Shown: positions 47,704-57,360, counted from the first letter of the stretch. The stretch: DNA of 64,000 bases from an uncultured Actinomycetes bacterium (GCA_963824995.1 CAWGRK010000006.1:68273-132272); one strand, 5' to 3'. The notes: generated from the letters alone by a model not told the origin. Program-made: numbers and translations.

Positions 47704-48888
47704 ATGACCGCCTACCTCCTCCGCAGGCTGGGGTGGGCTGTGGTCACCCTGTTCATCTTCGTGGCCGTCGTCTTCATCGGTTTGCAGCTGCTGCTCCCCT
47801 TCGATTTCTCCACCCAGTTCGCTTTCGGGGGTCGAGGGGACGACTACTACGCGGTGCGTGAATCGCTCGGCCTCGACCGACCGCTGTTGGCCAGGGTGGG
47901 GCTCTATGTGCTGGGTCTGGCCCAGGGCGATCTGGGGATGTCGTACACCGGCGAGCCAGTCGCCGCGGTCATCGGGCGCTCGCTCCCGTTCACCCTCCTC
48001 GTGTTCGCCGTGGGCGGGATCCTCGCATACGTGCTGGGGGAGTGGCTGGGGAGGGTCGCTGCCTGGCATCGCAACCGGGCTGTCGGTTCGGCCGCCACCA
48101 CGGCCAGTGTCTTCCTCTCCACCATGTTCCCGCCGCTGCTCGTGTTCCTGATGACCTACTTCCTCACCATGCCGTTCTACGAGCTGCGTTTCGCCCTCGG
48201 GCTCCCCTCAGACAGCCTCGAAGTGTGGCGGAGCACCTATCTCACCCAGCTCCAGGTGCTCACGCTGGTGGCGGTAGCGGTGCTCGGGGCGGTGATCGCC
48301 GCCTTCGCGCTACGGGCATATGCACGGAAGTGGGACCTCCGACTGATTGCGGCACTGGCTCTCCCGGTGACGGTGGCCGCGGCATTGATCGGAGTCGGGC
48401 TGACCGGCGCCGGGACCGAGGCCCTCGACCTCATGTTCCGGGGCACCGCCGGGGTGAACGTCGGGCGCGGCAGCCCCTTCCTCGCCATGGTCGCCTTCAT
48501 CATCCTCGGATTCGGCGAAGTGGCGATTCTGATGCGCACCGGGATGGCCGAGGAGGCTTCGGAGGATTACGTCAAGACCGCATATGCCAAGGGTCTGCCG
48601 GGGCGCGTGGTGCGCGACCGACACGTGGCGCGCAACGCCATGCTCCCCGTGCTGACAAGGCTCTTCGTCGGGATCCCGTACATCCTCACCGCCCTCATCA
48701 TCATCGAGCAGCAACTCGAAGTAGGGGGTCTATCTCAGACCTTCTTCGAAGCGGTAGGCACCGCCGACACGCCGGTTGTCCTCGGCGTGGTCGTGGTGGT
48801 GGGGATCATCGGGCTGGTGCTGCGGCTGCTCATGGACATCTTGGTGGCGGTGCTGGACCCACGGGTGCGAACGGCGGCGATGGAATGA
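47704..48888 (+). CDS. ABC transporter permease (DppB/OppB type), no cognate SBP or ATPase adjacent
   Basis: 394 aa, multi-TM. TAYAKGLPGRVVRDRHVARNAMLPV. Confidence 0.8.
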   Translation: MTAYLLRRLGWAVVTLFIFVAVVFIGLQLLLPFDFSTQFAFGGRGDDYYAVRESLGLDRPLLARVGLYVLGLAQGDLGMSYTGEPVAAVIGRSLPFTLLVFAVGGILAYVLGEWLGRVAAWHRNRAVGSAATTASVFLSTMFPPLLVFLMTYFLTMPFYELRFALGLPSDSLEVWRSTYLTQLQVLTLVAVAVLGAVIAAFALRAYARKWDLRLIAALALPVTVAAALIGVGLTGAGTEALDLMFRGTAGVNVGRGSPFLAMVAFIILGFGEVAILMRTGMAEEASEDYVKTAYAKGLPGRVVRDRHVARNAMLPVLTRLFVGIPYILTALIIIEQQLEVGGLSQTFFEAVGTADTPVVLGVVVVVGIIGLVLRLLMDILVAVLDPRVRTAAME

Positions 48889-49848
48889 CCGCCACCGTGG
48901 CTCCGGAGACCACCACCCGCAGTGTCCCCCAGCCGCGGGTGCCGCTCAACGCCAAGATCCGGATCGGGCTGGCGATCCTGGCCGGGTTCTTGGTGCTTGC
49001 GGTGGCGCGGCCCATCCTGACGCACACCTTGTGGAAAGGGCAATGGCTCGTATACGAGCCTGTGGCCGGGTGGGATTCGACAATGACTCACCCGGCGGGG
49101 ATATCGGCTCGCCATCTCCTCGGCTCAGACAGCTATGGGCGGGACGTGTTCAGCATGCTCTCCCACTCCACCTGGCCGACACTCCAGGTCGCTCTGGCCG
49201 CGGCATTGGTGGCAGGGCTCGTGTCCACCGCCTTTGCGGCGATCGCCGCCTACAGGAGAGGGCCGATAGACGGGGCGCTAACCCACCTCGCCGACGCCTT
49301 GGTGCTTCTACCCCCGCCGGTGGCGCTGTTCATCATCGGGGTGAGCGCCCCCGACTTGCAGCCACCCATCCTCGGTGCGCTCTACGGCCTGCTGTTCGGG
49401 CTGAGCACGGCCGCGCTGGTGCTGCGTTCTCAAGCGCTCGTCGTGATGGCGAAACCCTTCATGGAGGCGGCACGCACCGCCGGAGGGTCGGGGTGGTGGA
49501 TCATCCGCTGTCCATCTCCTGCCACATCTGCTGCCCATGACGGCGGTACAGATGATGGCTGCAGTCACCGGCGCCGTGATCACCTTTGGCTTCCTCGAGT
49601 TCACCGGAGCCGGGGGAGACTGGTTCGGCTACGGAAGCCTCATCTACAGCGGGCTGCCTTTGCCTGGTCTCGTGCCCCGCGACTATGCCTGGAACGCCCT
49701 CCTCGCCGGCGGGCTAGGGATCACACTCCTCTGTGGAGCCTTCTACCTGATCAGCGTCGGCCTCCGCGAGGCGGTGGACCCCGAGCTGCTCGCCTCGCGC
49801 GCCCGCTTCGGCGGTACCTCCAGGTGGCGAAGGCTCGGTTCTAGCTAA
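48885..49848 (+). pseudogene. ABC transporter permease (DppC/OppC type), one apparent frameshift near 49505-49512
   Basis: ATG 48885 (ATGA overlap) in ORF 48042..49844 up to ...AARTAGGSGWWIIR. It continues as HLLPHLLPMTAVQMMAAVTGAVITFGFLEF... in ORF 49537..49848. Confidence 0.75.
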
Positions 49849-49876
49849 GTACTGAGTACAAAGTACTAAGTACTGA
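49846..49876. terminator. AT-rich AGTACT-block hairpin between convergent genes (bidirectional terminator-like)
   Basis: AGTACTGAGTAC-AAA-GTACTAAGTACT pairs 11 of 12 positions. It fills most of the 33-nt gap between stop codons TAA 49846-49848 (+) and 49882-49884 (-). Confidence 0.45.
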
Positions 49877-49881
49877 TCGTC

Positions 49882-50406
49882 CTACCCCGTCCCCCCCGAA
49901 ATGGGACTGTGAAACGCCGCGTCGAGGACGATCACGTCGTCTCCTCGCAGCGAGTGGAGCACGGGGCAGCGAACCCGGCCGGTCAGCCAGGCGAAGTCCG
50001 ACCGGGTGAAGTCGATGGTGCACTCGCCCTCGAAGGAGAGGAAGTCCCGCTCGAATATGGCGAACTGTGCCTGCATCCCCTCTCCGGTGATCACTTCGGC
50101 GGCGCCGTCGGGAGCTACACCGGCGAGCCGGACCCGCTGGCGGTAGCCGCTGTTGAACAGCAGTTCGAATTCACGCGAGTACCGGTCGAAGGTGTTGAGC
50201 CCGGCGTCACGCAGCAGGAGCACGCCGTCGATGTCTCCGCGAACGACGACCTTGGCCACCGATCCCTGGATAACGATCCCGTCGACATCCTGGGGCTGGG
50301 GGAGTACGGCGGCGGACAGACCCATGACACCAAGGGTGATGGCGGCGGCAGCCGTCGCCAGCAACAACAGCCCGCGCCGCTTCGGGTTTGGGATCCGTCG
50401 TTTCAT
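49882..50406 (-). CDS. Hypothetical secreted/membrane-anchored protein
   Basis: 174 aa. N-terminal KRRGLLLLATAAAAITLGVMGLSAAVL. No recognisable family. Confidence 0.5.
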   Translation of the reverse strand: MKRRIPNPKRRGLLLLATAAAAITLGVMGLSAAVLPQPQDVDGIVIQGSVAKVVVRGDIDGVLLLRDAGLNTFDRYSREFELLFNSGYRQRVRLAGVAPDGAAEVITGEGMQAQFAIFERDFLSFEGECTIDFTRSDFAWLTGRVRCPVLHSLRGDDVIVLDAAFHSPISGGTG

Positions 50407-50492
50407 CGCCGGCTCGTAAGACGGTAGTTGAGCCCCGTCACTTTGACGGCCGGCTTCCAGGTTGAGGACCGACCCCTCACTACGATGAGGAC

Positions 50493-50948
50493 GTGCAATG
50501 CCCTCATTGTCGCGCTCAACTGCCTCCGGGCGCCACGGTTTGCCCGAGCTGTGGCACGAACGTGGACAGCGAGCCGACGATCACCTATGTCCCCATGGAC
50601 CCAACCGCTCCGCCGCTCACCCCGGACGAGGCGGCGCATCTCTCCGGATTCAGCGGCTTCGCCCTGGTGGCGGAGCGTGGGCCGCGTGCCGGGCAGACAT
50701 GGGTCCTTCCATTGGGAACCGCCAGCGCAGGGCGGGCACCCGACTCGGACATCTTCCTCGACGATGTCACCGTCTCCCGAGACCACTGCCGTCTGACCGT
50801 CGATGAGCAGGGGATCTTGCTCGAAGATCTCGGCTCGACCAACGGCACCTATGTCAACGGCGACCGTGTCGACCGGGCAGCGCTCAAGCCGGGTGACGAG
50901 GTGATCATCGGCCGGTTCCACATGCTGGTGGCTTTGGGCGATGAGTGA
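50493..50948 (+). CDS. FHA-domain protein with N-terminal CxxC...CxxC zinc ribbon (in the garA/odhI position)
   Basis: MQCPHCRAQLPPGATVCPSCG... then an FHA core (GRAPDSDIFLDDVTVSRDHCRL...DLGSTNGTYVNG). Confidence 0.8.
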   Translation: MQCPHCRAQLPPGATVCPSCGTNVDSEPTITYVPMDPTAPPLTPDEAAHLSGFSGFALVAERGPRAGQTWVLPLGTASAGRAPDSDIFLDDVTVSRDHCRLTVDEQGILLEDLGSTNGTYVNGDRVDRAALKPGDEVIIGRFHMLVALGDE

Positions 50949-51618
50949 CGGGGCTCTCACGATCGGCGAGGCGATAAACCTCCTCCAGGATGAGTTCCCC
51001 GAGGTCTCGGTATCCAAGGTGAGGTTTCTCGAGAGCCAAGGACTGCTCCGGCCCACCCGGAGTGCATCGGGCTACCGCCAGTTCCACCAGGAAGACCTGG
51101 CTCGGTTGCGGTACATCCTCGAGCTGCAGCGGGACCAATACCTCCCACTCAAGGTGATCAAGGCAAAGCTGACCATGTGGGAGCGGGGCGAGGATCCCGA
51201 AGGGCCCGACGGGAGCCGTCGACGCCAGACGAGCGATGGTGATCAGCCGATGCGCATCGGGTTCGATGACCTGGCGCGCCGCTCCGGCCTATCGCTGGAA
51301 CAACTCGGACAACTGGTCGACCACAGCCTGCTCGATCCCGACGAGGAGGGTCTGGTCGCCGAGGAGTCGGTTGACCTGGCGGTGCAGGCGTCTCGGCTCT
51401 TCGCCCAGGGACTCGAGGCACGCCACCTCCGCTCGGTGGGGATCGGAACCGATCGGGCTGTGGACGTTCTGGAGCAACTGGTGGCACCTCTACAACGAAA
51501 CCACAGTCCCGAGGGGCGCCGCCGCCTCTCCGACACCATGACCGAGGTCGTGGATGCTCTGCAGCGTCTCCAGGCCGCTTTGCTCGATATCCAGGCGCAG
51601 GCCATCCTGCATCGGTGA
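50941..51618 (+). CDS. MerR-family transcriptional regulator
   Basis: LTIGEAINLLQDEFPEVSVSKVRFLESQGLLRPTRSASGYRQF. Position matches the MerR gene that follows garA in actinobacteria. Confidence 0.8.
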   Translation: MSDGALTIGEAINLLQDEFPEVSVSKVRFLESQGLLRPTRSASGYRQFHQEDLARLRYILELQRDQYLPLKVIKAKLTMWERGEDPEGPDGSRRRQTSDGDQPMRIGFDDLARRSGLSLEQLGQLVDHSLLDPDEEGLVAEESVDLAVQASRLFAQGLEARHLRSVGIGTDRAVDVLEQLVAPLQRNHSPEGRRRLSDTMTEVVDALQRLQAALLDIQAQAILHR

Positions 51619-51648
51619 TGCAGTCTCTTCGCCTTCCTCCTCGTCGCT

Positions 51649-52645
51649 TTGTCCGCCCTCGCACCGATGGCCGCGCTCGCCCAGGAGGGCGGCGACGGGT
51701 CTGAGGGGGCACCGGCATGGGTGCGCAACGCCCCGCCGCCACCGCCTGTCGAGTCGGCCACCTGGATCCTCTGGGACGACACCAACGACGTGTTACTCGC
51801 CGCCGACGAGCCAGACGTCAGGAGGGGGATGGCATCGACCACCAAGCTCATGACGGCGTTGGTGGTCGCCGAGCGGGCACGGATGGACGAGATCGTCGAG
51901 GTTCCCAACGACTACATCCCCATCGGTGGCCAGATGATCGGAATAGACCGGGATGAGCGTTGGACGGTCGAGGAGATGCTGACCGGCCTGATGGTGAAGT
52001 CGGGCAATGACATCGCCGACCTGTTGGCGATCCACGTTGGCGGGTCGATCGACCGGTTCGTCGCGCTCGATGAACCGGAAGGCCGATCAGATGGGACTGG
52101 AGAACACGCACTTCGCCAACCCGAGCGGGCTCGACGCCGAGGGCCACTACTCATCGGCCGAGGAATTGGTCGAGATCGGGAAGGCGGTGATGGAGCACCC
52201 CGAACTCGCCAGGATGATGCGGTTGAAGTCTGCTGTGCTTCCCGGTGCGCCGGTACGGGTGGTCACCGGGACCAACAAAATTCTCTCGGAGGTTCCGGGG
52301 GCCTTCGGGCTCAAGACAGGTGACACTCCGCTGGCCGGTCTGGTGTTGGTGGCGGGCGCTGAGCGCAACGGCCGCCGGCTGTATTCGGTGGTCATGGGAT
52401 CCGCCGACCATTTCGCTGATGCGGGCGCGCTGCTCGAGTACGGGTTCGACGCATTCGACCCGCCGCGCCGTCCACGAACCAACGGGGAAGGAAGCCCGGC
52501 CACCACCACGGTGAGCACGACGATCCCGCCCCCGACCACGGCGACAACCGTGGCTGGATCACCGCCGCCCCCGCCGTTCCCCGAGGCCCTCCCGACATTG
52601 CTCGACTCGTTCGGATGGCTAGGGCACCTCTTCGGTGACGACTGA
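51649..52645 (+). pseudogene. D-alanyl-D-alanine carboxypeptidase (S11, DacB-like), frameshift near 52067 and possibly another at the signal peptide
   Basis: SxxK (MASTTKLMT) and SGN (VKSGNDIA) in ORF 51649..52323. The KTG motif (GLKTGDT) and the rest are in ORF 52007..52645. A good signal peptide (..SLFAFLLVALSALAPMAALA) is open upstream but has no in-frame start; ATG 51619 is in another frame. Confidence 0.75.
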
Positions 52646-53225
52646 CCAGACACTGGTGGAGGTGATCCCGGAGCCGGTGCTGCGCTCCAGGATCGGAGAG
52701 CTTGGTCTGCAACTCGCCCAGGACTTCGCCGATCGGCGCCCCGTCCTCGTCGTCGTGCTCCAAGGGGCGCTTCCCTTCGTGGCCGACCTGATCCGGTCGA
52801 TGGACATCGAGCTCGAGGTCGACTTCCTGGCGCTCACCAGGTTCGGTGAGGGGGGTCGGGTGCGAATCGCCATGGACACCGAAACGTCGTTGGAGGGCCG
52901 CGACGTGCTGCTGGTCGAGGACGTGGTCGATACCGGGCTCTCGCTCACGGTGCTGCGCCGCCTGATCGCGGCTCGTGAAGTGGCCTCGTTGGCCACGGTC
53001 ACACTCTTCGACAAGGCCGTGCGGCGCATTGTCGAGGTCCCCCTCGAATACCGGGGATTCGAGGTCGGCGACGAGTTCCTCCTCGGGTACGGGCTCGATT
53101 GGGAGGGCCGCTTCCGCAACCTGCGTTCGGTGTGGGCGGTGCTCGACCTCGTCAGCTTCCAGTTCGAGCCGCAGCGCTTCGCCTCGCGGCTGTTCAGACG
53201 GCCCGGTGATAACCTGCCCGAATGA
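52635..53225 (+). CDS. hpt: Hypoxanthine phosphoribosyltransferase
   Basis: PRPP motif VLLVEDVVDTGLSL. 196 aa, GTG start. Confidence 0.9.
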   Translation: MTTDQTLVEVIPEPVLRSRIGELGLQLAQDFADRRPVLVVVLQGALPFVADLIRSMDIELEVDFLALTRFGEGGRVRIAMDTETSLEGRDVLLVEDVVDTGLSLTVLRRLIAAREVASLATVTLFDKAVRRIVEVPLEYRGFEVGDEFLLGYGLDWEGRFRNLRSVWAVLDLVSFQFEPQRFASRLFRRPGDNLPE

Positions 53226-53728
53226 GCGGGGACCACCCCAATGACGGCATCTCGATGGAGCTGGTTGGGGTCAGGGTCGAGCTTCCCAGCAACCAGCCAA
53301 TAGTTCTGTTGCGAGAGAGTTCGGGCACCCGGTACCTACCCATCTGGATCGGTGCAGTCGAGGCGACCGCCATCGCTTTCGCTCTCGAGCACATGGTGCC
53401 GCAGCGCCCCCTCACCCACGACCTGCTCAAGTCGGTCAGCGAAGCGCTTGGTTCGCGGGTATCGAGGGTCGTGGTCACCGAACTTCGCGACCAGGTCTTC
53501 TACGCCGATCTCGTCTTCGATCAGGATGGGAAGCAGGTTCGGGTCTCTTCACGGCCCTCGGACGCCATCGCCCTCGCTGCCCGGACCGACGCCCCGATCT
53601 TCGCCATGCCCGAGGTCCTCGACGACGCCGGCATCGAGATCCAGGACGAGAACGAGGAAGAGGAGATCGAGCGCTTCCGCGAATTCCTCGAGGACGTCCG
53701 CCCCGAGGACTTCGACCCCGAGGAGTGA
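53222..53728 (+). CDS. Bifunctional nuclease-family (DUF151) protein
   Basis: MELVGVRVELPSNQPIVLLRE...YLPIWIG..EA.AIA..L, with an acidic C-terminus. Same position as the mycobacterial Rv1829-type gene (from memory). Confidence 0.75.
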   Translation: MSGDHPNDGISMELVGVRVELPSNQPIVLLRESSGTRYLPIWIGAVEATAIAFALEHMVPQRPLTHDLLKSVSEALGSRVSRVVVTELRDQVFYADLVFDQDGKQVRVSSRPSDAIALAARTDAPIFAMPEVLDDAGIEIQDENEEEEIERFREFLEDVRPEDFDPEE

Positions 53729-53734
53729 ACCCGT

Positions 53735-53786
53735 CAACCCAGGGTTGACAGCTACCCCAGCGGTACTCTCCAACCCAGGGTTGACA
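53735..53786. promoter_or_regulatory. Two identical 16-mers CAACCCAGGGTTGACA (near-palindromic AACCC-N-GGGTT core) upstream of a MerR gene
   Basis: Copies at 53735-53750 and 53771-53786. Related AACCCAGGTTGAC at 36955-36967 and AGGTTGAACCCTG at 53852-53864. Each contains a TTGACA -35-like hexamer. Confidence 0.45.
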
Positions 53787-53916
53787 CTGGCTCAGCAACT
53801 TCCCACAGAGTTTTCCACAGGGACCGTTGACATCGTCAGACCCGTCCCGCTAGGTTGAACCCTGAAATTACGGGCATGTGATTGCCACCTCGGAGGCTGA
53901 GCAGCGTGACCCCGAC

Positions 53917-54480
53917 ATGGGAACGGCCAAGGGCAACGTGATCCTCGACACCCCAGCAGCGGGCACCACCGGTGTCACCCCCGAAAGTCCCAGCAATGTG
54001 CTGGTCGGGGGATACGGCGGGCACGAGCACGGGTACCGGGCACCCCAGGTGTGCAAGCTGGTGGGGATCACCTACCGGCAACTCGACTACTGGGCCCGCA
54101 CCGGGCTTCTCGAGCCGACTCTCCAACAGGCGAAGGGGTCCGGGTCACAGAGACTCTATGGCTTCTCCGACGTGGTCCAGCTCAAGGTGATCAAGCGTCT
54201 GCTCGATGCCGGCATGAGCCTGAAGAAGATCCGCCAAGCCGTCCAAATCCTCCAATCGACGCTGGCGAGCGACCGGCCGCTGATGGATGTCACGCTCCTC
54301 TCCGACGGCCAGACCATCTATGCGGCGCATTCCGCCGAAGAGGTGGTCGACGTCTTCCGCCGTGGTCAAGGGGTTTTCGGGATCGCCGTCGGGCCGGTGC
54401 AGCAGGAGCTGGAAGGTGAGTTGCACCGATTGTTCCCCGAGAGCCCGCCGCCGATATCGGGGAGAGCGGAGGCGCACTGA
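53917..54480 (+). CDS. MerR-family transcriptional regulator
   Basis: ORF 53878..54480; ATG 53917 preferred. YRAPQVCKLVGITYRQLDYWARTGLLEP...QRLYGFSDVVQLKVIKRLLDAGMSLKKIR. Confidence 0.8.
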   Translation: MGTAKGNVILDTPAAGTTGVTPESPSNVLVGGYGGHEHGYRAPQVCKLVGITYRQLDYWARTGLLEPTLQQAKGSGSQRLYGFSDVVQLKVIKRLLDAGMSLKKIRQAVQILQSTLASDRPLMDVTLLSDGQTIYAAHSAEEVVDVFRRGQGVFGIAVGPVQQELEGELHRLFPESPPPISGRAEAH

Positions 54481-54500
54481 CCAGGCAGCCCGAACCGGAG

Positions 54501-54932
54501 TTGGAGACGGGGGGGCTGGCTGAGGTCGTGAACTTCGCTCACAACAGTGAGCGCCAATTCGCCCGGCTGCTCGACTTCTACGGCTTGCCCTGGGAGTACG
54601 AGCCGCGCTCGTTCCCGATCGCTTGGGACCGCCACAGCAAGCCGACCCAGTTCTTCACCCCGGACTTCTACCTGCCCGATGAGAACGTATATATAGAGAT
54701 CACCACGATGAACCAGAAGCTGGTGACCAAGAAGAACGCCAAGGTGCGCCGGCTCCACCAACTCCACCCGGATGTGAGGTGCCGCGTCCTCTACCAGCGC
54801 GACTACCTGCACCTGGTGATCAAGTACGGGCTAGAGGAGCCCGCCCACATGGAGACGGTGCGCCCTCCGACCAGGTTGCCCGGTCCGCCGCGGGTCATCC
54901 GGCTCGGTGAAGCCGAGGAAGCCGCTGGCTGA
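54501..54932 (+). CDS. Conserved hypothetical protein
   Basis: 143 aa, TTG start. Non-low-complexity sequence (ERQFARLLDFYGLPWEYEPRSF...FTPDFYLPDENVYIEITT). Family not recognised. Confidence 0.5.
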   Translation: METGGLAEVVNFAHNSERQFARLLDFYGLPWEYEPRSFPIAWDRHSKPTQFFTPDFYLPDENVYIEITTMNQKLVTKKNAKVRRLHQLHPDVRCRVLYQRDYLHLVIKYGLEEPAHMETVRPPTRLPGPPRVIRLGEAEEAAG

Positions 54933-54985
54933 AGCCACCACCTGTTCATCTATCCTCCGACGATGCCGAGCGTGCCTCTCTCCCT

Positions 54986-56038
54986 GTGACGGCGCGCTCC
55001 GCCCTCTTCGAGGTGCACGCCTCCCTCGGGGCGCGCACCACCGACTTTGGCGGCTGGGAGATGCCGCTCCAGTATCAGGGCGTTCTCGCCGAGCACAACG
55101 CGGTACGCCAGGGCGTCGGTGTATTCGATGTGAGTCACCTGGGCCGGTTATCGGTGGAGGGGGGCGGGACCACGCCACTCCTCCGCCGCCTCCTGTGCAA
55201 CGACATCGCTGATGTGGGCCCGGGCAGAGCGCAGTACTCGATGGTCCTCAACGAGCGCGGTGGAGTGGAGGACGACGTCATCGTGTGGCGTTGGAGCGAG
55301 GACCGTGCCTGGGTACTGCCGAATGCCTCCAATTACGACAAGGTCGTCGGGCTCCTGGAAGGCGAGGCTCCGGAGGGGACCGTCGTCGAGCCCTTGCGGG
55401 AGAGCACCGCACTGCTGGCGGTGCAGGGACCCCAAGCGCCAGACCTGCTGGCATCCGTCCTCGAGGCGGCGCCGGGGCGGTTCCGGCTGGTTGAGACCGA
55501 AGGACCGTCGGGGAAGGTCTGGGCAGCCGGCACCGGATATACGGGGGAGCGGGGAGGGGAGATCGCCGTCCCCAACGAGCACGCAGCCGCACTATGGCGG
55601 GCGCTGGTGGATGGTGGCGCCGTGCCCTGCGGTTTGGGAGCCAGGGACACGCTTCGACTCGAGATGGGTTATCCGCTCTGGGGGCAGGACCTCGACCCGG
55701 AGACGACCCCGCTCGAGGCCGATTTGGCGTGGGTCGTGGGGTGGAACCACGAGTTCGTCGGCAAGGACGCCCTCGAGGCGCAGCAGCGCGACGGCTTGGG
55801 ACGGGCGCTCACCGGCTTCGAGATGGCTGATCGCGCCATACCGCGGCACGGCTATCCGGCACGCGCCGGCGAATCGACGGGGGTGGTGGCGAGCGGGAAC
55901 TTCAGCCCGACGATCGGCCGCGGCATCGGGCTCGCCTTCCTCTCCCCGCCAGCGGAGGGGGAGTCCATGGAGATCGAGGTGCGTGGCGTGTGGCACCCGG
56001 CGCGACGCGCCAAGCCGCCATTCGTGAACGGAGGTTGA
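54986..56038 (+). CDS. gcvT: Glycine cleavage system aminomethyltransferase T
   Basis: 350 aa. FGGWEMPLQY, VFDVSHLG, GYTGERGGEI. Confidence 0.9.
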   Translation: MTARSALFEVHASLGARTTDFGGWEMPLQYQGVLAEHNAVRQGVGVFDVSHLGRLSVEGGGTTPLLRRLLCNDIADVGPGRAQYSMVLNERGGVEDDVIVWRWSEDRAWVLPNASNYDKVVGLLEGEAPEGTVVEPLRESTALLAVQGPQAPDLLASVLEAAPGRFRLVETEGPSGKVWAAGTGYTGERGGEIAVPNEHAAALWRALVDGGAVPCGLGARDTLRLEMGYPLWGQDLDPETTPLEADLAWVVGWNHEFVGKDALEAQQRDGLGRALTGFEMADRAIPRHGYPARAGESTGVVASGNFSPTIGRGIGLAFLSPPAEGESMEIEVRGVWHPARRAKPPFVNGG

Positions 56039-57360
56039 GTGGACTTCACCCCGCACACCGATGAGGACCTCGGCACCATGCTGGGCAGGCTCGGTCTTGA
56101 TTCGGTCGACGACCTCTACCGGCACCTCCCCGAACAGGTGGTGCTCGAACGTCCGCTCGACCTCGATTCTGGGCTGGCGGAGCCCGACGTCATGGCGATG
56201 GTGGATCAACTTGCCGAGCGCAACACCCAGCTCGTCTGCTTCGCCGGGGGTGGGATCTACGACCACTTCCTCCCACCGGTGGTGCGGTCGCTGACCATGA
56301 GGCCCGAGTTCGTCACCTCGTACACCCCCTACCAACCCGAGGTGAGCCAAGGGGTCCTCCAGCTTCTCTTCGAGTTCCAGTCGATGGTCGGCTCGCATCA
56401 CCGGCCTCCCTGTGGCAAACGCTTCGCTGTACGACGGAGCGACCGCCGTGGTCGAGGCCGTGCACATGGCGGTGGCGGCAACCGGCAGACGGGTGGTCTG
56501 GTTGTCGACGCGGGCTCTCGCCGGGCATCAGGCAAGCGGTGGCCACGATGGCCGCCGCCCAATCGATAGAGGTCATCGAGCATCCGCTCAGTGAGGGCCG
56601 CACCGAATGGAGCGAAGATGCGCTCGAGCCGGCGGCGCTGGTGATGGCCCAGCCGAACTACCTGGGGATGGTCGAGACGTACGACGATATGGTCGGCCTT
56701 GCCCACCGGGTCGGCGCTCTCGCCATCGCCTCGGTGGACCCAATGCTCCTCGGGCTCCTCCGCACCCCGGGGAGTGCCGGTTGCGACGTGGTGGTGGGGG
56801 AGGGCCAGCCGTTCGGCACCCCGCTGTCGTTCGGGGGCCCGTACCTGGGGCTGTTCGCCAGCAGCCGGGAGCACGTGCGCCGGCTCCCGGGACGCCTGGT
56901 GGGCGAGACGGTCGACGTGGAGGGGCGGCCGGGTACGTGATCACACTGCGCACGCGCGAGCAGGACATCCGCCGGGAGCGGCGCTCGTCGAACGTCTGCA
57001 CCAACCAGACGCTGATCGCCGTTGGCTGCGCCGTCCACCTGGCCTGGCTCGGCCCCTCCGGGCTGGCGGGTGGGCGACTGCGCTGCGCCCGGGGCGCGCT
57101 ACCCGCCGGGCGACTCGAAGCGCTCCCCGGGGTGCGGCTGGTCCACCGCGGCGGGTTCTGCGGGAGTTCGCCTTGCCTCTCCCCACGGATGCCGACGAGG
57201 TGGTCGCCGCGCATGGCCGAGGAGGGCTTCCTCGCCGGCGTCCCCCTCGGGGACGAGTACCCCGAGCGGCGGCTGCTGGTGGCCGTCACCGAGCGACGCA
57301 CCCGGGCGCAGATCGACGCGTACGTCGCCGCCATGGAGAAGGTGATGCCGGTGGCTGATG
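56039..57360 (+). pseudogene. gcvPA: Glycine dehydrogenase (decarboxylating) subunit 1, multiple frame changes; 3' boundary approximate
   Basis: Recognisable GcvPA segments are scattered over ORFs 56039..56569, 56412..56594 (ANASLYDGATAVVEA), 56539..56940, 56607..57575 (ITLRTREQDIRRERRSSNVCTNQ) and 56699..57358. Confidence 0.7.

Noticed and set aside
54933-54985. Glycine riboswitch upstream of gcvT (and of gcvH at 47252-47304).
   Set aside because: Both spacers are only about 50 nt, too short for even a single glycine aptamer. No conserved aptamer core is recognisable by eye.
56158-56173. TCGAAC-GTCC-GCTCGA near-match to the actinobacterial LexA box.
   Set aside because: It lies inside the gcvPA coding sequence, has one mismatch, and has no associated promoter. 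It is likely a chance match in GC-rich DNA.
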